This document shows positions 44,942 through 54,921 of a stretch of DNA of 64,000 nucleotides, in pieces. Position numbers and translations under genes: made by a program. How positions within the stretch are numbered: position 1 is the first letter of the stretch; every line of letters begins with the position of its first letter. The notes beneath the pieces were generated by a model. It was not told where the DNA came from. It was given only the letters and a program-made list of their open reading frames with translations, and made no database searches. The stretch comes from Bacillota bacterium (GTDB lineage Bacteria; Bacillota; Clostridia; Acetivibrionales; JAMNXU01). The stretch is taken from the NCBI GenBank assembly GCA_023623175.1, contig JAMNXU010000010.1:20967-84966 (forward strand), given 5' to 3'.

Positions 44942-44970
44942 TTGTTATGTATCGATGCTTGTGATATTAT
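44942..44970 (+). promoter_or_regulatory. candidate sigma-A promoter for scpAB
   Basis: TTGTTA (44942-44947), 17 nt, TGaTATTAT (44962-44970). Confidence 0.45.
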
Positions 44971-45033
44971 GATTATATCCCAAAAACAGCCGGGTTTACC
45001 AAGGAAAAATCAAAGAAGGAGCTTCTGGCGTAC

Positions 45034-45834
45034 ATGGAAAGCGCGCTGGCAAATGCCTATACGATAAAAATTAATAATTTTGAAGGACCTTTTGACTTAC
45101 TGTTTCACCTGATCGAAAAAAACCGGATGAGCATATATGATATTCAAATAAGCGAGATAACCGATCAGTACATGGATTACCTGTATGCTATGCAGCAGCT
45201 GGATCTTGAGATAGCCAGCGAATTTCTCGTGATGGCGGCGACGCTGCTGCATATAAAATCCAGGATGCTTCTTCCGGAGAAAAAGGAAAAGGAGGAAGAG
45301 GAGGAAGATCCGAGGGAAGAACTTGTACAGAAGCTGTTGAAGTTCAAAAAATACAAGGAGTTTTCAGAATTCCTGAAAGAACGGGAAAAAGAGTGGGAGC
45401 GCGTGTTTTACAAGCTGCCCGAGGTTATTGACACTGATTTCAGGACGATAAACCTGAACATGGAGTTTTCTGCGACGCAGCTTCGCGATGTTTACCTGGC
45501 ACTGCTTGAAAGAAACAGGAGAAAGATAAATAAGAACGCCAACAAGGTGGAGCAGATTATACAGCATGAAAAAATAACGCTTAGGAGCAAAATACGCGAA
45601 ATTTTGCGCGTTTTGGTAATAAAGAGATTCTTCAGGTTTTCCGATATTTTCAACCTGAAGAGAAGGTCCAGGCAGGAAGTTGTCACCGGTTTCCTGGCAA
45701 TACTGGAGCTTGCAAAGCTTAAAAAGGCGAAGCTGGATCAAAAAAGCCAGTTTTCCGAAATCACCGTCTACCGGTGGGAAAAAAGCGACTCAGGCGAAGA
45801 TGGACGCCGGCAACGCGAAATTATCAATGCCTGA
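45034..45834 (+). CDS. scpA: segregation and condensation protein A
   Basis: N-terminal FEGPFDLLFHLIEKNRMSIYDIQISEITDQY is the typical ScpA signature. Confidence 0.9.
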   Translation: MESALANAYTIKINNFEGPFDLLFHLIEKNRMSIYDIQISEITDQYMDYLYAMQQLDLEIASEFLVMAATLLHIKSRMLLPEKKEKEEEEEDPREELVQKLLKFKKYKEFSEFLKEREKEWERVFYKLPEVIDTDFRTINLNMEFSATQLRDVYLALLERNRRKINKNANKVEQIIQHEKITLRSKIREILRVLVIKRFFRFSDIFNLKRRSRQEVVTGFLAILELAKLKKAKLDQKSQFSEITVYRWEKSDSGEDGRRQREIINA

Positions 45835-45849
45835 TGGGGGGATTTTCGA

Positions 45850-46446
45850 TTGGAACTGAATGAAATGCAGGCGGTTGTCGAAGCGTTGCTTTTTGCTTCG
45901 GGCGATGAGCTTCCGCTTGAAAGGATAGCGGAAGTCCTGAACCTTGACAGAAAGACTGCCAAGATGCTGATGAACAGGATGATCGACGACTTCAGGGCGT
46001 CGAACCGCGGTCTCATGATAAGGGAAATCAACGGTTCTTACCAGTTGTGCACCAAACCCGAATATTATGATTACATATGCATGATGATGGAGCCGAGGCA
46101 GAAGCAGGCACTTTCCCAGGCCGCCTATGAAACACTTGCGGTTATCGCATACAATCAGCCGATTACAAAGGCAAAGATAGAACATATACGCGGAGTCAAT
46201 TCCGACAGCGCGATTGCGAAACTCCTGGAGAGAAACCTTATAAGAGAGGCAGGACGCCTTGACGCGCCCGGCAAGCCCTATTTATATGAAACAACCGACG
46301 AGTTTCTGCGCGTCTTTGGGTTCAGATCGCTGCGCGATCTGCCGATATTGGAATTCGACGATCTTCGTCCCGAAGGGGAACACGCCGGAGAGGATGAAGA
46401 AGGATTAACAGAACAAGTATTAAACTCAGATAAGCGGGATAAATAA
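45850..46446 (+). CDS. scpB: segregation and condensation protein B
   Basis: Contains EALLFASGDELPLERI and two winged-helix halves (LAVIAYNQPITKAKIEHIRGVNS). The start is TTG 45850 or ATG 45865. Confidence 0.9.
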   Translation: MELNEMQAVVEALLFASGDELPLERIAEVLNLDRKTAKMLMNRMIDDFRASNRGLMIREINGSYQLCTKPEYYDYICMMMEPRQKQALSQAAYETLAVIAYNQPITKAKIEHIRGVNSDSAIAKLLERNLIREAGRLDAPGKPYLYETTDEFLRVFGFRSLRDLPILEFDDLRPEGEHAGEDEEGLTEQVLNSDKRDK

Positions 46447-46526
46447 AGAGAAGCAGATTGAATAAATTAGCAGCCCGGGAGAGTAAGACGGGAAAAAAAG
46501 GGGAAAAATCCGGATGAGGTGTTTGA

Positions 46527-47168
46527 ATGCTTTATCTGGGTTTTTTTGTTTTTCTTCTGCTGGCAGCCATGATAATTTCGTTTTTTGCCTCGACAGTAAT
46601 TGTAATTGAGTATTCGAGGCAGAAGGAAGACGATTTATTTCTTTTCAAGCTGAAAACCCTATGGGGGATAATCCGCTATGAATACGTGATTCCCTTTGCG
46701 GATTTCGACCAGGGCGGCCTGAAACTCAAAAGGGCGAGGGAAAGAACGCTCAGGACCGCAAGGCATGACAAAAGAAAGGAAGAAACCATTGACGAAAGAA
46801 TCAGGAAAGTTTTAAGAATTGTGGCTTCGGCACGAAAGGCCAGCCGGCGCAACTCGGAATTGATCTGCAGGGTCAGGAAATACCTGGGTAAAAGGCTCTT
46901 CATAGACCAGTTCATAATAAAGGCGGAAATCGGGACCGGTGACGCCTTTTCCACGGCCATTGCCACAGGAGTTGCATGGACGGTCGCGGGCATAGTCGCA
47001 TCGGTTTTTTTAAACGGTTTTAAAGCAAAGGAAAAGTGCGTTGATATTAAAAATTCGTACGGCCAAAAAAAGTTTGAGGTATTTTTCCGCTGCATATTCA
47101 GAACAAGATTTGTCCATATTATTATAGTAGTATTTATGGTCCTCGCAGGCATTGAAAGAAAAAAATAA
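46527..47168 (+). CDS. YtfI-like (DUF2953-type) sporulation membrane protein
   Basis: N-terminal TM helix and a basic middle region. Sits directly upstream of the ytfJ homolog, as in Bacillus. Confidence 0.65.
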   Translation: MLYLGFFVFLLLAAMIISFFASTVIVIEYSRQKEDDLFLFKLKTLWGIIRYEYVIPFADFDQGGLKLKRARERTLRTARHDKRKEETIDERIRKVLRIVASARKASRRNSELICRVRKYLGKRLFIDQFIIKAEIGTGDAFSTAIATGVAWTVAGIVASVFLNGFKAKEKCVDIKNSYGQKKFEVFFRCIFRTRFVHIIIVVFMVLAGIERKK

Positions 47169-47191
47169 CATGACACAAGGTGGTGACTCGG

Positions 47192-47668
47192 TTGTCTGAA
47201 CATCCCATTCAGGGTCTGATGAAAACAGCGATGCAAAGTATCAAGGAAATGGTGGACGTCAACACAATTGTAGGAGATGCGGTGCAGGCTCCCGACGGAA
47301 CGGTGATTATACCCATATCAAAGGTGAGTTTTGGTTTTGCCGCCGGCGGAGGTGAATACAATTCCTGCTGCATCCCAAAATCCGAAAATGAAGACGAGGA
47401 TGACACGGTAAAAACAGAAATGAAATTCCCGTTTGCAGGGGGCAGCGGAGCCGGCGTGTCAATACAGCCTGTCGCATTCATGGTAGTAGGCCAGCAGCAG
47501 ATAAGGATGCTGCCAGTTAACCTGAATTCTTCGGTGGACAAGATTATTGATCTCGTGCCCGAACTCATTGAAAAGCTGAATGATACTATTAAAAAGAAAA
47601 TCAACGTCAAAAAGGAAATAAAAACGGAAACTCCGCCAAAAACGGCAAAACTTGATGAAGATAAATAA
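47192..47668 (+). CDS. ytfJ: GerW/YtfJ-family sporulation protein
   Basis: From TTG 47192 the N-terminus reads MSEHPIQGLMKTAMQSIKEMVDVNTIVGD, colinear with Bacillus YtfJ. GGTGG RBS 8 nt upstream. Contains FAGGSGAGVSIQPVAF. Confidence 0.8.
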   Translation: MSEHPIQGLMKTAMQSIKEMVDVNTIVGDAVQAPDGTVIIPISKVSFGFAAGGGEYNSCCIPKSENEDEDDTVKTEMKFPFAGGSGAGVSIQPVAFMVVGQQQIRMLPVNLNSSVDKIIDLVPELIEKLNDTIKKKINVKKEIKTETPPKTAKLDEDK

Positions 47669-47695
47669 GTGGGTAAAACCCACTTAATTTTTTAT
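47667..47695 (+). terminator. rho-independent terminator
   Basis: Stem aagtggg/cccactt with a 5-nt loop and a T-rich tail. Confidence 0.7.
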
Positions 47696-47863
47696 TTCAG
47701 TATTTTTACATGCAGAAGTATTTGCGTTATTATTTTCGGCAGCATTAGTTTTTCACAAGAATTAATTTTAGTTGAAATAAATCGTTTTTATTCAATATTT
47801 TTATGGTATCATTAAGTCCGAATATATTTATTGCGGGCTTGGACTTTCCGGAAAGGGATGCGG

Positions 47864-48580
47864 ATGGAAGAAACGAGATTGCAGAAATACATCGCGATGT
47901 CAGGCGTGGCGTCGCGCAGAAAGGCTGAAGAAATTATAAGGGCGGGAAGAGTGACAGTTGACGGACAACTGGTCACCGATCCCGCTGTAAAAGTGACTCC
48001 CGGTAATATTGTAGAGGTGGATGGCAAAAAAATTGAGCCTGAGGGCAGAAAAGTTTACATAATGCTTCACAAACCCGTGGGTTATATAACCGCGGTCAGC
48101 GACCAGTTTTCAAGGCCTACCGTAATGGACCTTGTAAAAGGAGTGAGGGAAAGGGTATATCCAGTGGGCAGGCTTGATTATGATACTTCGGGGCTGCTTT
48201 TGATGACTAATGACGGGGATTTTGCCAACAGGATAATGCATCCGCGCTATGAAAAGGAAAAGACGTATGTCGCAGAGATAAAAGGCTTTCCCGACAGGAG
48301 GGACATCGAGGCCTTTTCAGCGGGACTGAAGATCGAAGACTACATCACTAAGCCTGCAAAAATCAGGATAATAAAGAGAAAGAAATCTTCAACAATAGTA
48401 GAAATAACAATTCACGAGGGAAGAAACCGCCAGGTGAGAAAAATGTGCGAAGCCATCGGCCATCCGGTAATTAACCTGAAAAGAACTGCGATAGGGCCGT
48501 TAAAACTTGGCGATCTGCCCGAAGGGCAATGGAGGTTTCTGAAAAAGAAAGAGATTAAAAAATTGGACGGGGGAATTTGA
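47864..48580 (+). CDS. rluB: RsuA/RluB-family pseudouridine synthase with S4 domain
   Basis: S4 motif LQKYIAMSGVASRRKAEE and catalytic GRLDYDTSGLLLMTNDG. Confidence 0.88.
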   Translation: MEETRLQKYIAMSGVASRRKAEEIIRAGRVTVDGQLVTDPAVKVTPGNIVEVDGKKIEPEGRKVYIMLHKPVGYITAVSDQFSRPTVMDLVKGVRERVYPVGRLDYDTSGLLLMTNDGDFANRIMHPRYEKEKTYVAEIKGFPDRRDIEAFSAGLKIEDYITKPAKIRIIKRKKSSTIVEITIHEGRNRQVRKMCEAIGHPVINLKRTAIGPLKLGDLPEGQWRFLKKKEIKKLDGGI

Positions 48581-49456
48581 ATGAATTTCAGAAACGGAGA
48601 TTTAAGCCTGGGACTCAGGTTTATGGGCAGCGTGGAAAATTACGGCGACGCAGATATTGTGATTGTCGGCGTGCCCATGGATTTTACGTGCAGTTTCAGG
48701 CCGGGAACTAGGTTCGGACCGCAGAAAATAAGGGAAGTTTCCATAGGCATCGAGGAATTTAGCATTTATCAGAAAAAATCCCTCGAAGACTGCAGGTATT
48801 TTGACAGCGGAGATCTTGACCTGCCTTTCGGCGACGTGGACAGAAGTTTGGAGATTATAGGACACGCGGCTTCGGAAATCCTCGATGACGGGAAATTTCC
48901 GCTTTTTATAGGGGGAGAGCACCTGATAAGCGTACCGCTGATCGAAAAGGTATATGAAAAATACGGCGATGAGCTCGTCGTGTTGCATTTTGACGCCCAT
49001 GCCGACCTGAGGGAAGGATACATAGGTTTTTCAAAATCCCACGCCTCTGCGATAAGAAGGCTGATTGACTTCATGCCCGCGAAAAACATTTACCAGTTCG
49101 GCATAAGGTCGTGCACTCGCGATGAACTGGAATTTGCCGAAGCCAACACGAACTTTTTCCCTTTTTCAGTATTCGAGCCCCTGAAAAATGTGGTTGGGGA
49201 AATCGGAGAAAGGCCGGTGCACGTAACGCTGGATATTGATGTGGTCGACCCGGCTTTCGCCAACGGAACGGGGACGCCGGAACCCGGAGGCATAACATCG
49301 CGCGAGTTGCTTGAAGCGCTGATGCTTTTGAAATCGCTGAATATAAAGGGATTTGACATTGTGGAGGTTTCTCCTGCCCTTGATCTGTCGGACAGGACGG
49401 CACTGCTGGCCGCGAAAATAATCCGCGAGGTTATTCTGCTGATCAGCCGTAATTAA
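48581..49456 (+). CDS. speB: agmatinase
   Basis: Ureohydrolase metal-ligand blocks are present (LHFDAHADL, TLDIDVVDPAFA.GTGTPEPGG). Confidence 0.9.
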   Translation: MNFRNGDLSLGLRFMGSVENYGDADIVIVGVPMDFTCSFRPGTRFGPQKIREVSIGIEEFSIYQKKSLEDCRYFDSGDLDLPFGDVDRSLEIIGHAASEILDDGKFPLFIGGEHLISVPLIEKVYEKYGDELVVLHFDAHADLREGYIGFSKSHASAIRRLIDFMPAKNIYQFGIRSCTRDELEFAEANTNFFPFSVFEPLKNVVGEIGERPVHVTLDIDVVDPAFANGTGTPEPGGITSRELLEALMLLKSLNIKGFDIVEVSPALDLSDRTALLAAKIIREVILLISRN

Positions 49457-49565
49457 TGTAATGCCTTATTGTGAATAATGCAGTAATAAAGAACAATATC
49501 AGGCAATAATAATCACGACAAGTCAAATCAGGCACTGTAAAACTTGCATAGAGCTTTTAGAGGCG

Positions 49566-50141
49566 GTGAGGCCCATGTGTGTAATACCTAATTCCCTTGA
49601 AATATCCCATATCATGATAAAATCCGTTGTAAAACCCGGCGATACGGTAATTGACGCCACGGCAGGCAACGGGCATGACACTGCTTTTCTCGCTGAACTC
49701 GTCGGAGACAGCGGAAAAGTGTACGCCTTTGATATACAGAGGGAAGCCGTGGAACGCACAAGGAAAAGACTCGGGGAGAGAAATTTAGGGCACAGGGTTA
49801 CCCTGATCAATGACGGCCATCAGAACATGGATTTATACGTTAAAGACAGGGTTCGCGCCGTGATGTTTAATCTCGGTTATCTGCCTGGTGGAGATCACAG
49901 CATTGCAACGAGGGCTGAAACAACCATCGCGGCTCTGGAAAAGGCCATGGGGCTGCTCGAGGTCAACGGCCTGATTACCATTGTGGTGTATTACGGTGGA
50001 GACAGCGGATTTGAAGAGAAGGAGGAAGTGCTTAAATTTGTTGAGACCATTGACTTCCGGCGGTTCACCGTAATGAAAACCTGTTTCGTAAACCAGCCGA
50101 ATTGCCCTCCTATACTTGTCGCAATTGAGAAGCTGAAATAA
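49566..50141 (+). CDS. class I SAM-dependent methyltransferase, YtqB/MnmM-like
   Basis: VIDATAGNGHDTAFLAELVG..VYAFDIQ is colinear with Bacillus YtqB. The start is GTG 49566 or ATG 49575. Confidence 0.75.
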   Translation: MRPMCVIPNSLEISHIMIKSVVKPGDTVIDATAGNGHDTAFLAELVGDSGKVYAFDIQREAVERTRKRLGERNLGHRVTLINDGHQNMDLYVKDRVRAVMFNLGYLPGGDHSIATRAETTIAALEKAMGLLEVNGLITIVVYYGGDSGFEEKEEVLKFVETIDFRRFTVMKTCFVNQPNCPPILVAIEKLK

Positions 50142-50464
50142 TTAACGGATTTATATCAAATTTCTATATATAAATAAGAATATTTTTATTAAAATTGTTT
50201 ATTGAAATTGTTTTCCACAGTGGTAAACTAGTTTAGTGATAAAGAGCGGCTATTCTCATGCAGTTCGGGTCAGTGATTTACCAAATGTTGTTATGTTTTT
50301 AACAAACCCGCGCCCCCCATTATCGCCGCTGATTTTTGTTGCATGCGTCGCCGTATTAATGTATAATTTTAGTATAATTATTACCAGGTACTAATATCAT
50401 ATAATAATAACACATTAATTTGCCTGGTAATAAATACTAAAATTATCGTTTGAGGTGATTACCC

Positions 50465-52015
50465 GTGACGAATATGGAGAAGATAGAACGGCTCAGAAAA
50501 AACAAAGAAGCGCTCAAAATTGCAGGAGGACCTGAAGCGATAGAAAAACAGCACAAAACGGGGAAACTCACTGCGCGGGAACGGTTGCTGGCCTTGTTTG
50601 ACGACAGGAGTTTCGTTGAAATCGATGCGTTTGTTGAATCGAGAGCCGTTGATTTCGGAATGCTGGAAAAAAGGGTTCCCGGCGACGGTGTTGTAACAGG
50701 ATACGGAACGATTAACGGAAGGCTTGTGTACGCGGCGGCCCAGGACTTCACCGTAATAGGTGGCTCCCTCGGTGAGATGCATGCAAAGAAGATTACGAAA
50801 GTGATGGACCTGGCGTTGAAAACAGGCGCGCCCTTTATCAGTCTAAATGACTCGGGCGGCGCAAGGATCCAGGAAGGTCTTGATGCGCTGAGCGGCTATG
50901 GCGACATATTTTACAGGAACACGATGGCATCGGGGGTTATACCGCAGATATCAATAATAATGGGTCCTTGTGCCGGAGGTGCGGTTTATTCGCCCGCGAT
51001 TACCGATTTTATTTTCATGGTTGATAAAACCAGCTATATGTGCATAACAGGGCCCGAAGTTATAAAGGCAGTAACAGGGGAAAACGTAACAACGCAGGAA
51101 CTCGGAGGAGCTTACGTTCATAACGCGGTCAGCGGCGTTGCCCATTTTCTGTGCGAAAATGACGCTGAATGCCTCGAGCAGGTGAGGAGACTGCTGAGTT
51201 TCCTTCCTGACAATAACATGACCGAAGCCCCGGTATGTGAGACGGGCGACGATCCCAACAGGATGCAGTACGAGCTCAACGCAATTATTCCCGACGAGCC
51301 GAACAGGGCTTACGACATGTACGAGGTCATAACCTCCACCGTCGACAACGGAGAATTTTTTGAAATTCAGAAACATTTTGCTCCCAATATTATTGTCGGA
51401 TATGGTAGAATAAACGGGAGGACTGTAGGAATAATTGCAAATCAGCCAAAACATATGGCAGGCGCCCTTGATGTGAATTCATCGGACAAAGCCGCGAGGT
51501 TTGTCCGATTTTGTGATGCCTTTAACATACCGCTTGTAACATTTACCGATGTACCCGCATTCCTGCCGGGAGTCGGCCAGGAGCACAGCGGCATAATAAG
51601 GCACGGTGCGAAACTGCTTTATGCCTTTTCGGAAGCAACGGTGCCGAAAATTAACGTGATTTTGAGAAAAGCTTACGGCGGGGCATATATAGCAATGAAC
51701 AGCAAAACGCTGGGAGCCGACATGGTTTTCGCATGGCCGTCAGCGGAGATAGCCGTAATGGGAGCCGAAGGCGCGGCGAATATAATTTTCCGGAAAGAAA
51801 TAAAGGCCGCCGAGGATCCCGAAAAGGTAAGAAAACAGAAAATCGAGGAGTACACCGAAAAATTCAGCAATCCCTATGTAGCTGCAAAACGGGGTTACGT
51901 GGACGACGTGATAGAACCTGCCACGACCAGGCAGAGAATTGCAAGTGCATTGGAAATGCTTTTAACAAAAAGAGAAGTTAGACCCATGAAAAAACATGGT
52001 AATATACCATTGTAA
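50465..52015 (+). CDS. acyl-CoA carboxyltransferase (methylmalonyl-CoA carboxyltransferase 12S / decarboxylase alpha type)
   Basis: 516 aa with a two-crotonase-fold CT. Blocks include [33 protein letters not shown] and AYGGAYIAM. Confidence 0.9.
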   Translation: MTNMEKIERLRKNKEALKIAGGPEAIEKQHKTGKLTARERLLALFDDRSFVEIDAFVESRAVDFGMLEKRVPGDGVVTGYGTINGRLVYAAAQDFTVIGGSLGEMHAKKITKVMDLALKTGAPFISLNDSGGARIQEGLDALSGYGDIFYRNTMASGVIPQISIIMGPCAGGAVYSPAITDFIFMVDKTSYMCITGPEVIKAVTGENVTTQELGGAYVHNAVSGVAHFLCENDAECLEQVRRLLSFLPDNNMTEAPVCETGDDPNRMQYELNAIIPDEPNRAYDMYEVITSTVDNGEFFEIQKHFAPNIIVGYGRINGRTVGIIANQPKHMAGALDVNSSDKAARFVRFCDAFNIPLVTFTDVPAFLPGVGQEHSGIIRHGAKLLYAFSEATVPKINVILRKAYGGAYIAMNSKTLGADMVFAWPSAEIAVMGAEGAANIIFRKEIKAAEDPEKVRKQKIEEYTEKFSNPYVAAKRGYVDDVIEPATTRQRIASALEMLLTKREVRPMKKHGNIPL

Positions 52016-52052
52016 TAAAAAAACAAAATCATAAATCACGGGAGGAACATCT

Positions 52053-52403
52053 ATGAGGAAGTTTTTAATTAAAGTTAACGGTAACCAATATGAAGTAGAA
52101 GTAGAAGAAATTAATTCTCAGGGAGCTCAATCCGCTTCTTCCAGGACGGCTGCTCCTGCAGGCTCGGCGGCTGAAGCTGCTCCTGCCGGCACAAACGTTG
52201 TAACGGCTCCGATGCCCGGCACCATTGTCAGGGTGGATGTATCCGTCGGGGACGTGGTAAGCAAGGGACAGGTATTACTCGTGCTTGAAGCAATGAAAAT
52301 GGAAAACGAAATTGTTGCGCCTGTCGCCGGAAAGGTAACGGCAATTAACGTTACCAAGGGCAGCACTGTCAATGCCGGAGACGTGATGGTACAGTTGGGT
52401 TAA
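52053..52403 (+). CDS. biotin carboxyl carrier protein (1.3S-type)
   Basis: 116 aa with an Ala/Pro/Ser linker and the biotinylation motif LEAMKMENEI. Confidence 0.85.
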   Translation: MRKFLIKVNGNQYEVEVEEINSQGAQSASSRTAAPAGSAAEAAPAGTNVVTAPMPGTIVRVDVSVGDVVSKGQVLLVLEAMKMENEIVAPVAGKVTAINVTKGSTVNAGDVMVQLG

Positions 52404-52423
52404 AAAAGGAGGACTATATATAA

Positions 52424-53965
52424 ATGGCCAGGGTGCGGATTACCGAAACGGTACTCAGGGACGCACACCAGTCGTTGATCGCCACTCGAATGACGACTGA
52501 AGAGATGCTTCCCATTCTAGAGAAACTGGACAAGATCGGCTATCACTCCCTTGAGGCCTGGGGCGGCGCAACCTTTGATTCATGCATGCGTTTCCTTAAC
52601 GAAGATCCCTGGGATCGCCTGAGGAAAATAAGGAATGTAGTGAAAAACACCAAGCTCCAGATGCTCCTGAGGGGACAAAACCTGCTTGGATACAAGCATT
52701 ATGCCGACGATGTCGTTGAATACTTTGTTCAAAAAACCATTGCCAACGGAATAGACATCATAAGAATTTTCGATGCTCTTAATGATGTAAGAAACATAGA
52801 AACTGCAATAAAGGCATGCAAGAAGGAAGGCGGCCATGCACAGGCAGCCGTGAGCTATACGACCAGCCCGGTTCACAACCTCGAGTATTTTGTGAAAATA
52901 GCAAAACAGCTTGAGGACATGGGAGCCGATTCTATTTGTATCAAGGACATGGCGGGACTGCTGACTCCCTATGCCGCCTATGACCTTGTAAAGGCCCTGA
53001 AGGAAAACACGAAGCTGCCGATACAGGTTCATACCCATTACACCAGCGGTCTTGCTTCAATGACCTACCTCAAGGCCATAGAAGCAGGCGCAGATGTAAT
53101 TGACTGCGCAATTTCGCCGATGGCCCTGGGTACGTCTCAGCCGCCAACGGAATCCATGGTGGCTTCACTGAAGGGTACGCCTTATGATACGGGCCTTGAT
53201 CTCAGCAAGCTCAATGAAATTGCTGAATATTTCAGGCCGTTGAGGGAGAAATACATTCAAAGCGGCCTGCTCGATGTAAAGGTCATGGGTGTCGACGTAA
53301 ACGCCCTTATTTACCAGGTTCCCGGTGGCATGCTTTCCAACCTTGTTTCGCAGCTGAAGCAGGCTAATGCGCTGGATAAACTCGACGAGGTTCTGAAAGA
53401 GGTTCCGAGGGTCAGGGAAGACTTCGGATATCCTCCGCTTGTAACGCCCACAAGCCAGATTGTCGGAACCCAGGCGGTCATGAACGTCATTGCCGGCGAA
53501 AGGTACAAGATGGTACCCAACCAGTCCAAGGGACTTGTACGCGGCGAATACGGCAAAACGCCGGCTCCGATATCCGAGGAAATCAGGAAAAAGATTCTCG
53601 GTGATGAAGAACCTATCACGTGCAGGCCCGCGGACCTTCTCGAACCCGAGCTAGAAAGCATAAGGAGCAAGATAAGCGAGTATATAGAGCAGGATGAGGA
53701 TATCCTGTCCTATGCCCTGTTCCCCGAAGTGGCGGAGAAATTCTTCAAGTACCGCAGGGAAGCCAGGGAAAAGAAAGACGGCCAGGCAGTAGCGGAAAAA
53801 TCCGTTTCCGGGGGCGTCGATGAAGAAGTCGCCGCCGTGATAGCCGCAGCTGTAGCTGCAATGAGCGAAGAGTCGGGCAGGGAACTCGTTGTGAAGTCCA
53901 TAGAAAGACTTGAGCGTCCGTCGTCGATTTGGAGCTCGATAGGCAGATTCTTCGGATTGAGATAA
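52424..53965 (+). CDS. oxaloacetate decarboxylase alpha / transcarboxylase 5S-type carboxyltransferase without a biotin domain
   Basis: Contains ITETVLRDAHQSL, a TIM barrel plus the conserved carboxylase domain. The C-terminus is not a biotinyl domain but an Ala-rich tail (EEVAAVIAAAVAAM...VVKSIERL). Confidence 0.9.
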   Translation: MARVRITETVLRDAHQSLIATRMTTEEMLPILEKLDKIGYHSLEAWGGATFDSCMRFLNEDPWDRLRKIRNVVKNTKLQMLLRGQNLLGYKHYADDVVEYFVQKTIANGIDIIRIFDALNDVRNIETAIKACKKEGGHAQAAVSYTTSPVHNLEYFVKIAKQLEDMGADSICIKDMAGLLTPYAAYDLVKALKENTKLPIQVHTHYTSGLASMTYLKAIEAGADVIDCAISPMALGTSQPPTESMVASLKGTPYDTGLDLSKLNEIAEYFRPLREKYIQSGLLDVKVMGVDVNALIYQVPGGMLSNLVSQLKQANALDKLDEVLKEVPRVREDFGYPPLVTPTSQIVGTQAVMNVIAGERYKMVPNQSKGLVRGEYGKTPAPISEEIRKKILGDEEPITCRPADLLEPELESIRSKISEYIEQDEDILSYALFPEVAEKFFKYRREAREKKDGQAVAEKSVSGGVDEEVAAVIAAAVAAMSEESGRELVVKSIERLERPSSIWSSIGRFFGLR

Positions 53966-54039
53966 CAACATAAACAATGCAATAAAACAGGCCGGGTTTG
54001 CTCCGGCCTGTTTTGTACACGTGAGCCATCTGTCCGATT

Positions 54040-54678
54040 TCAGCAATCGCTGTGAAGGTAAATGTAGTTTATCTTGTTGCTCCTGTAACTGAGCACCTTT
54101 GCGAGGCTGCCTTTTTTGATTTTTTTGCCGCACTTGAGACAGTACAGGTGGTTATTCTGGATAACCTCCCAGCTTTGGGACAGGGGCATGTTCTCATATT
54201 TTTGCCAAGATTTCCAGCCAACCTTGCACAGCTTTATCCGGTTTTCAAAGTCGGCATAAACCCAGCGCAGCAATTTGTGAAAGTGGAACGGATATTTCGT
54301 GTAGGCAATGTAGTTTTCAGGCAGGCCGAGATTTATGGCATAAAGCTCGAAATTTTTCTCCACTATCTCCTGGACCCTGCCGGTGATATGGGTGCAGTAC
54401 CAGCAGTAACCGTTTTCCTTGAGCCAGGGCTTGAGCCTGTCAAACATGTAACCCCTGCAAACTTCAACTGTCTCGCTGCGGTTTACGTTCAACAATTGAA
54501 ACCCTTTATTTACAATGTCGACCACGCAGTCGAGGTACAGCTTTTTCTTGAAGTTTTCCCTGTTATACATTTCCACCGGGATTATATCAAAGTAGTATTC
54601 ATTGGTTTCGGGTCGGTAAATTCCTATGCATGTTCCGCCGACAAAGCTTCCGCTGCCTGCATCGTCAATCTGTATCAT
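54040..54678 (-). CDS. uncharacterised 212-aa protein (RNase HII/HIII-like N-terminal motif, Cys-rich C-terminus)
   Basis: The long ORF is convergent with the carboxylase operon. N-terminus is MIQIDDAGSGSFVGGTCIGI. The C-terminal part has CWYC, CLKC and a terminal C. I recognise no family. Confidence 0.6.
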   Translation of the reverse strand: MIQIDDAGSGSFVGGTCIGIYRPETNEYYFDIIPVEMYNRENFKKKLYLDCVVDIVNKGFQLLNVNRSETVEVCRGYMFDRLKPWLKENGYCWYCTHITGRVQEIVEKNFELYAINLGLPENYIAYTKYPFHFHKLLRWVYADFENRIKLCKVGWKSWQKYENMPLSQSWEVIQNNHLYCLKCGKKIKKGSLAKVLSYRSNKINYIYLHSDC

Positions 54679-54921
54679 TATGTACCCCTGTTTTTCGATT
54701 TTATTTACCCGTTTTTTTTAAAGGCTGTTTGATCTTTTAGTATTATTCCATGTTAAACTCCGAAGCTTGCATGAAAATTAATGCCTTTGACATGCATCCG
54801 TGAAATTTCCATTGATAAATATGCTATAATTTAATATATAGCTTGATACCGGAAAATTTCGTTTTTGCTTTTCCTGCGGCCAAACCGGATGAATAACCCG
54901 CCGAAAGTTAGGAGAGATGTT

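Noticed and set aside
50378-50433. 11-bp inverted repeat (ttattaccagg ... cctggtaataa, 34-nt spacer) in the transcarboxylase leader.
   Set aside because: The repeat is real, but the sequence is AT-rich and short, sits among several TATAAT-like strings, and has no second copy in the window. There is not enough to call an operator or a riboswitch.
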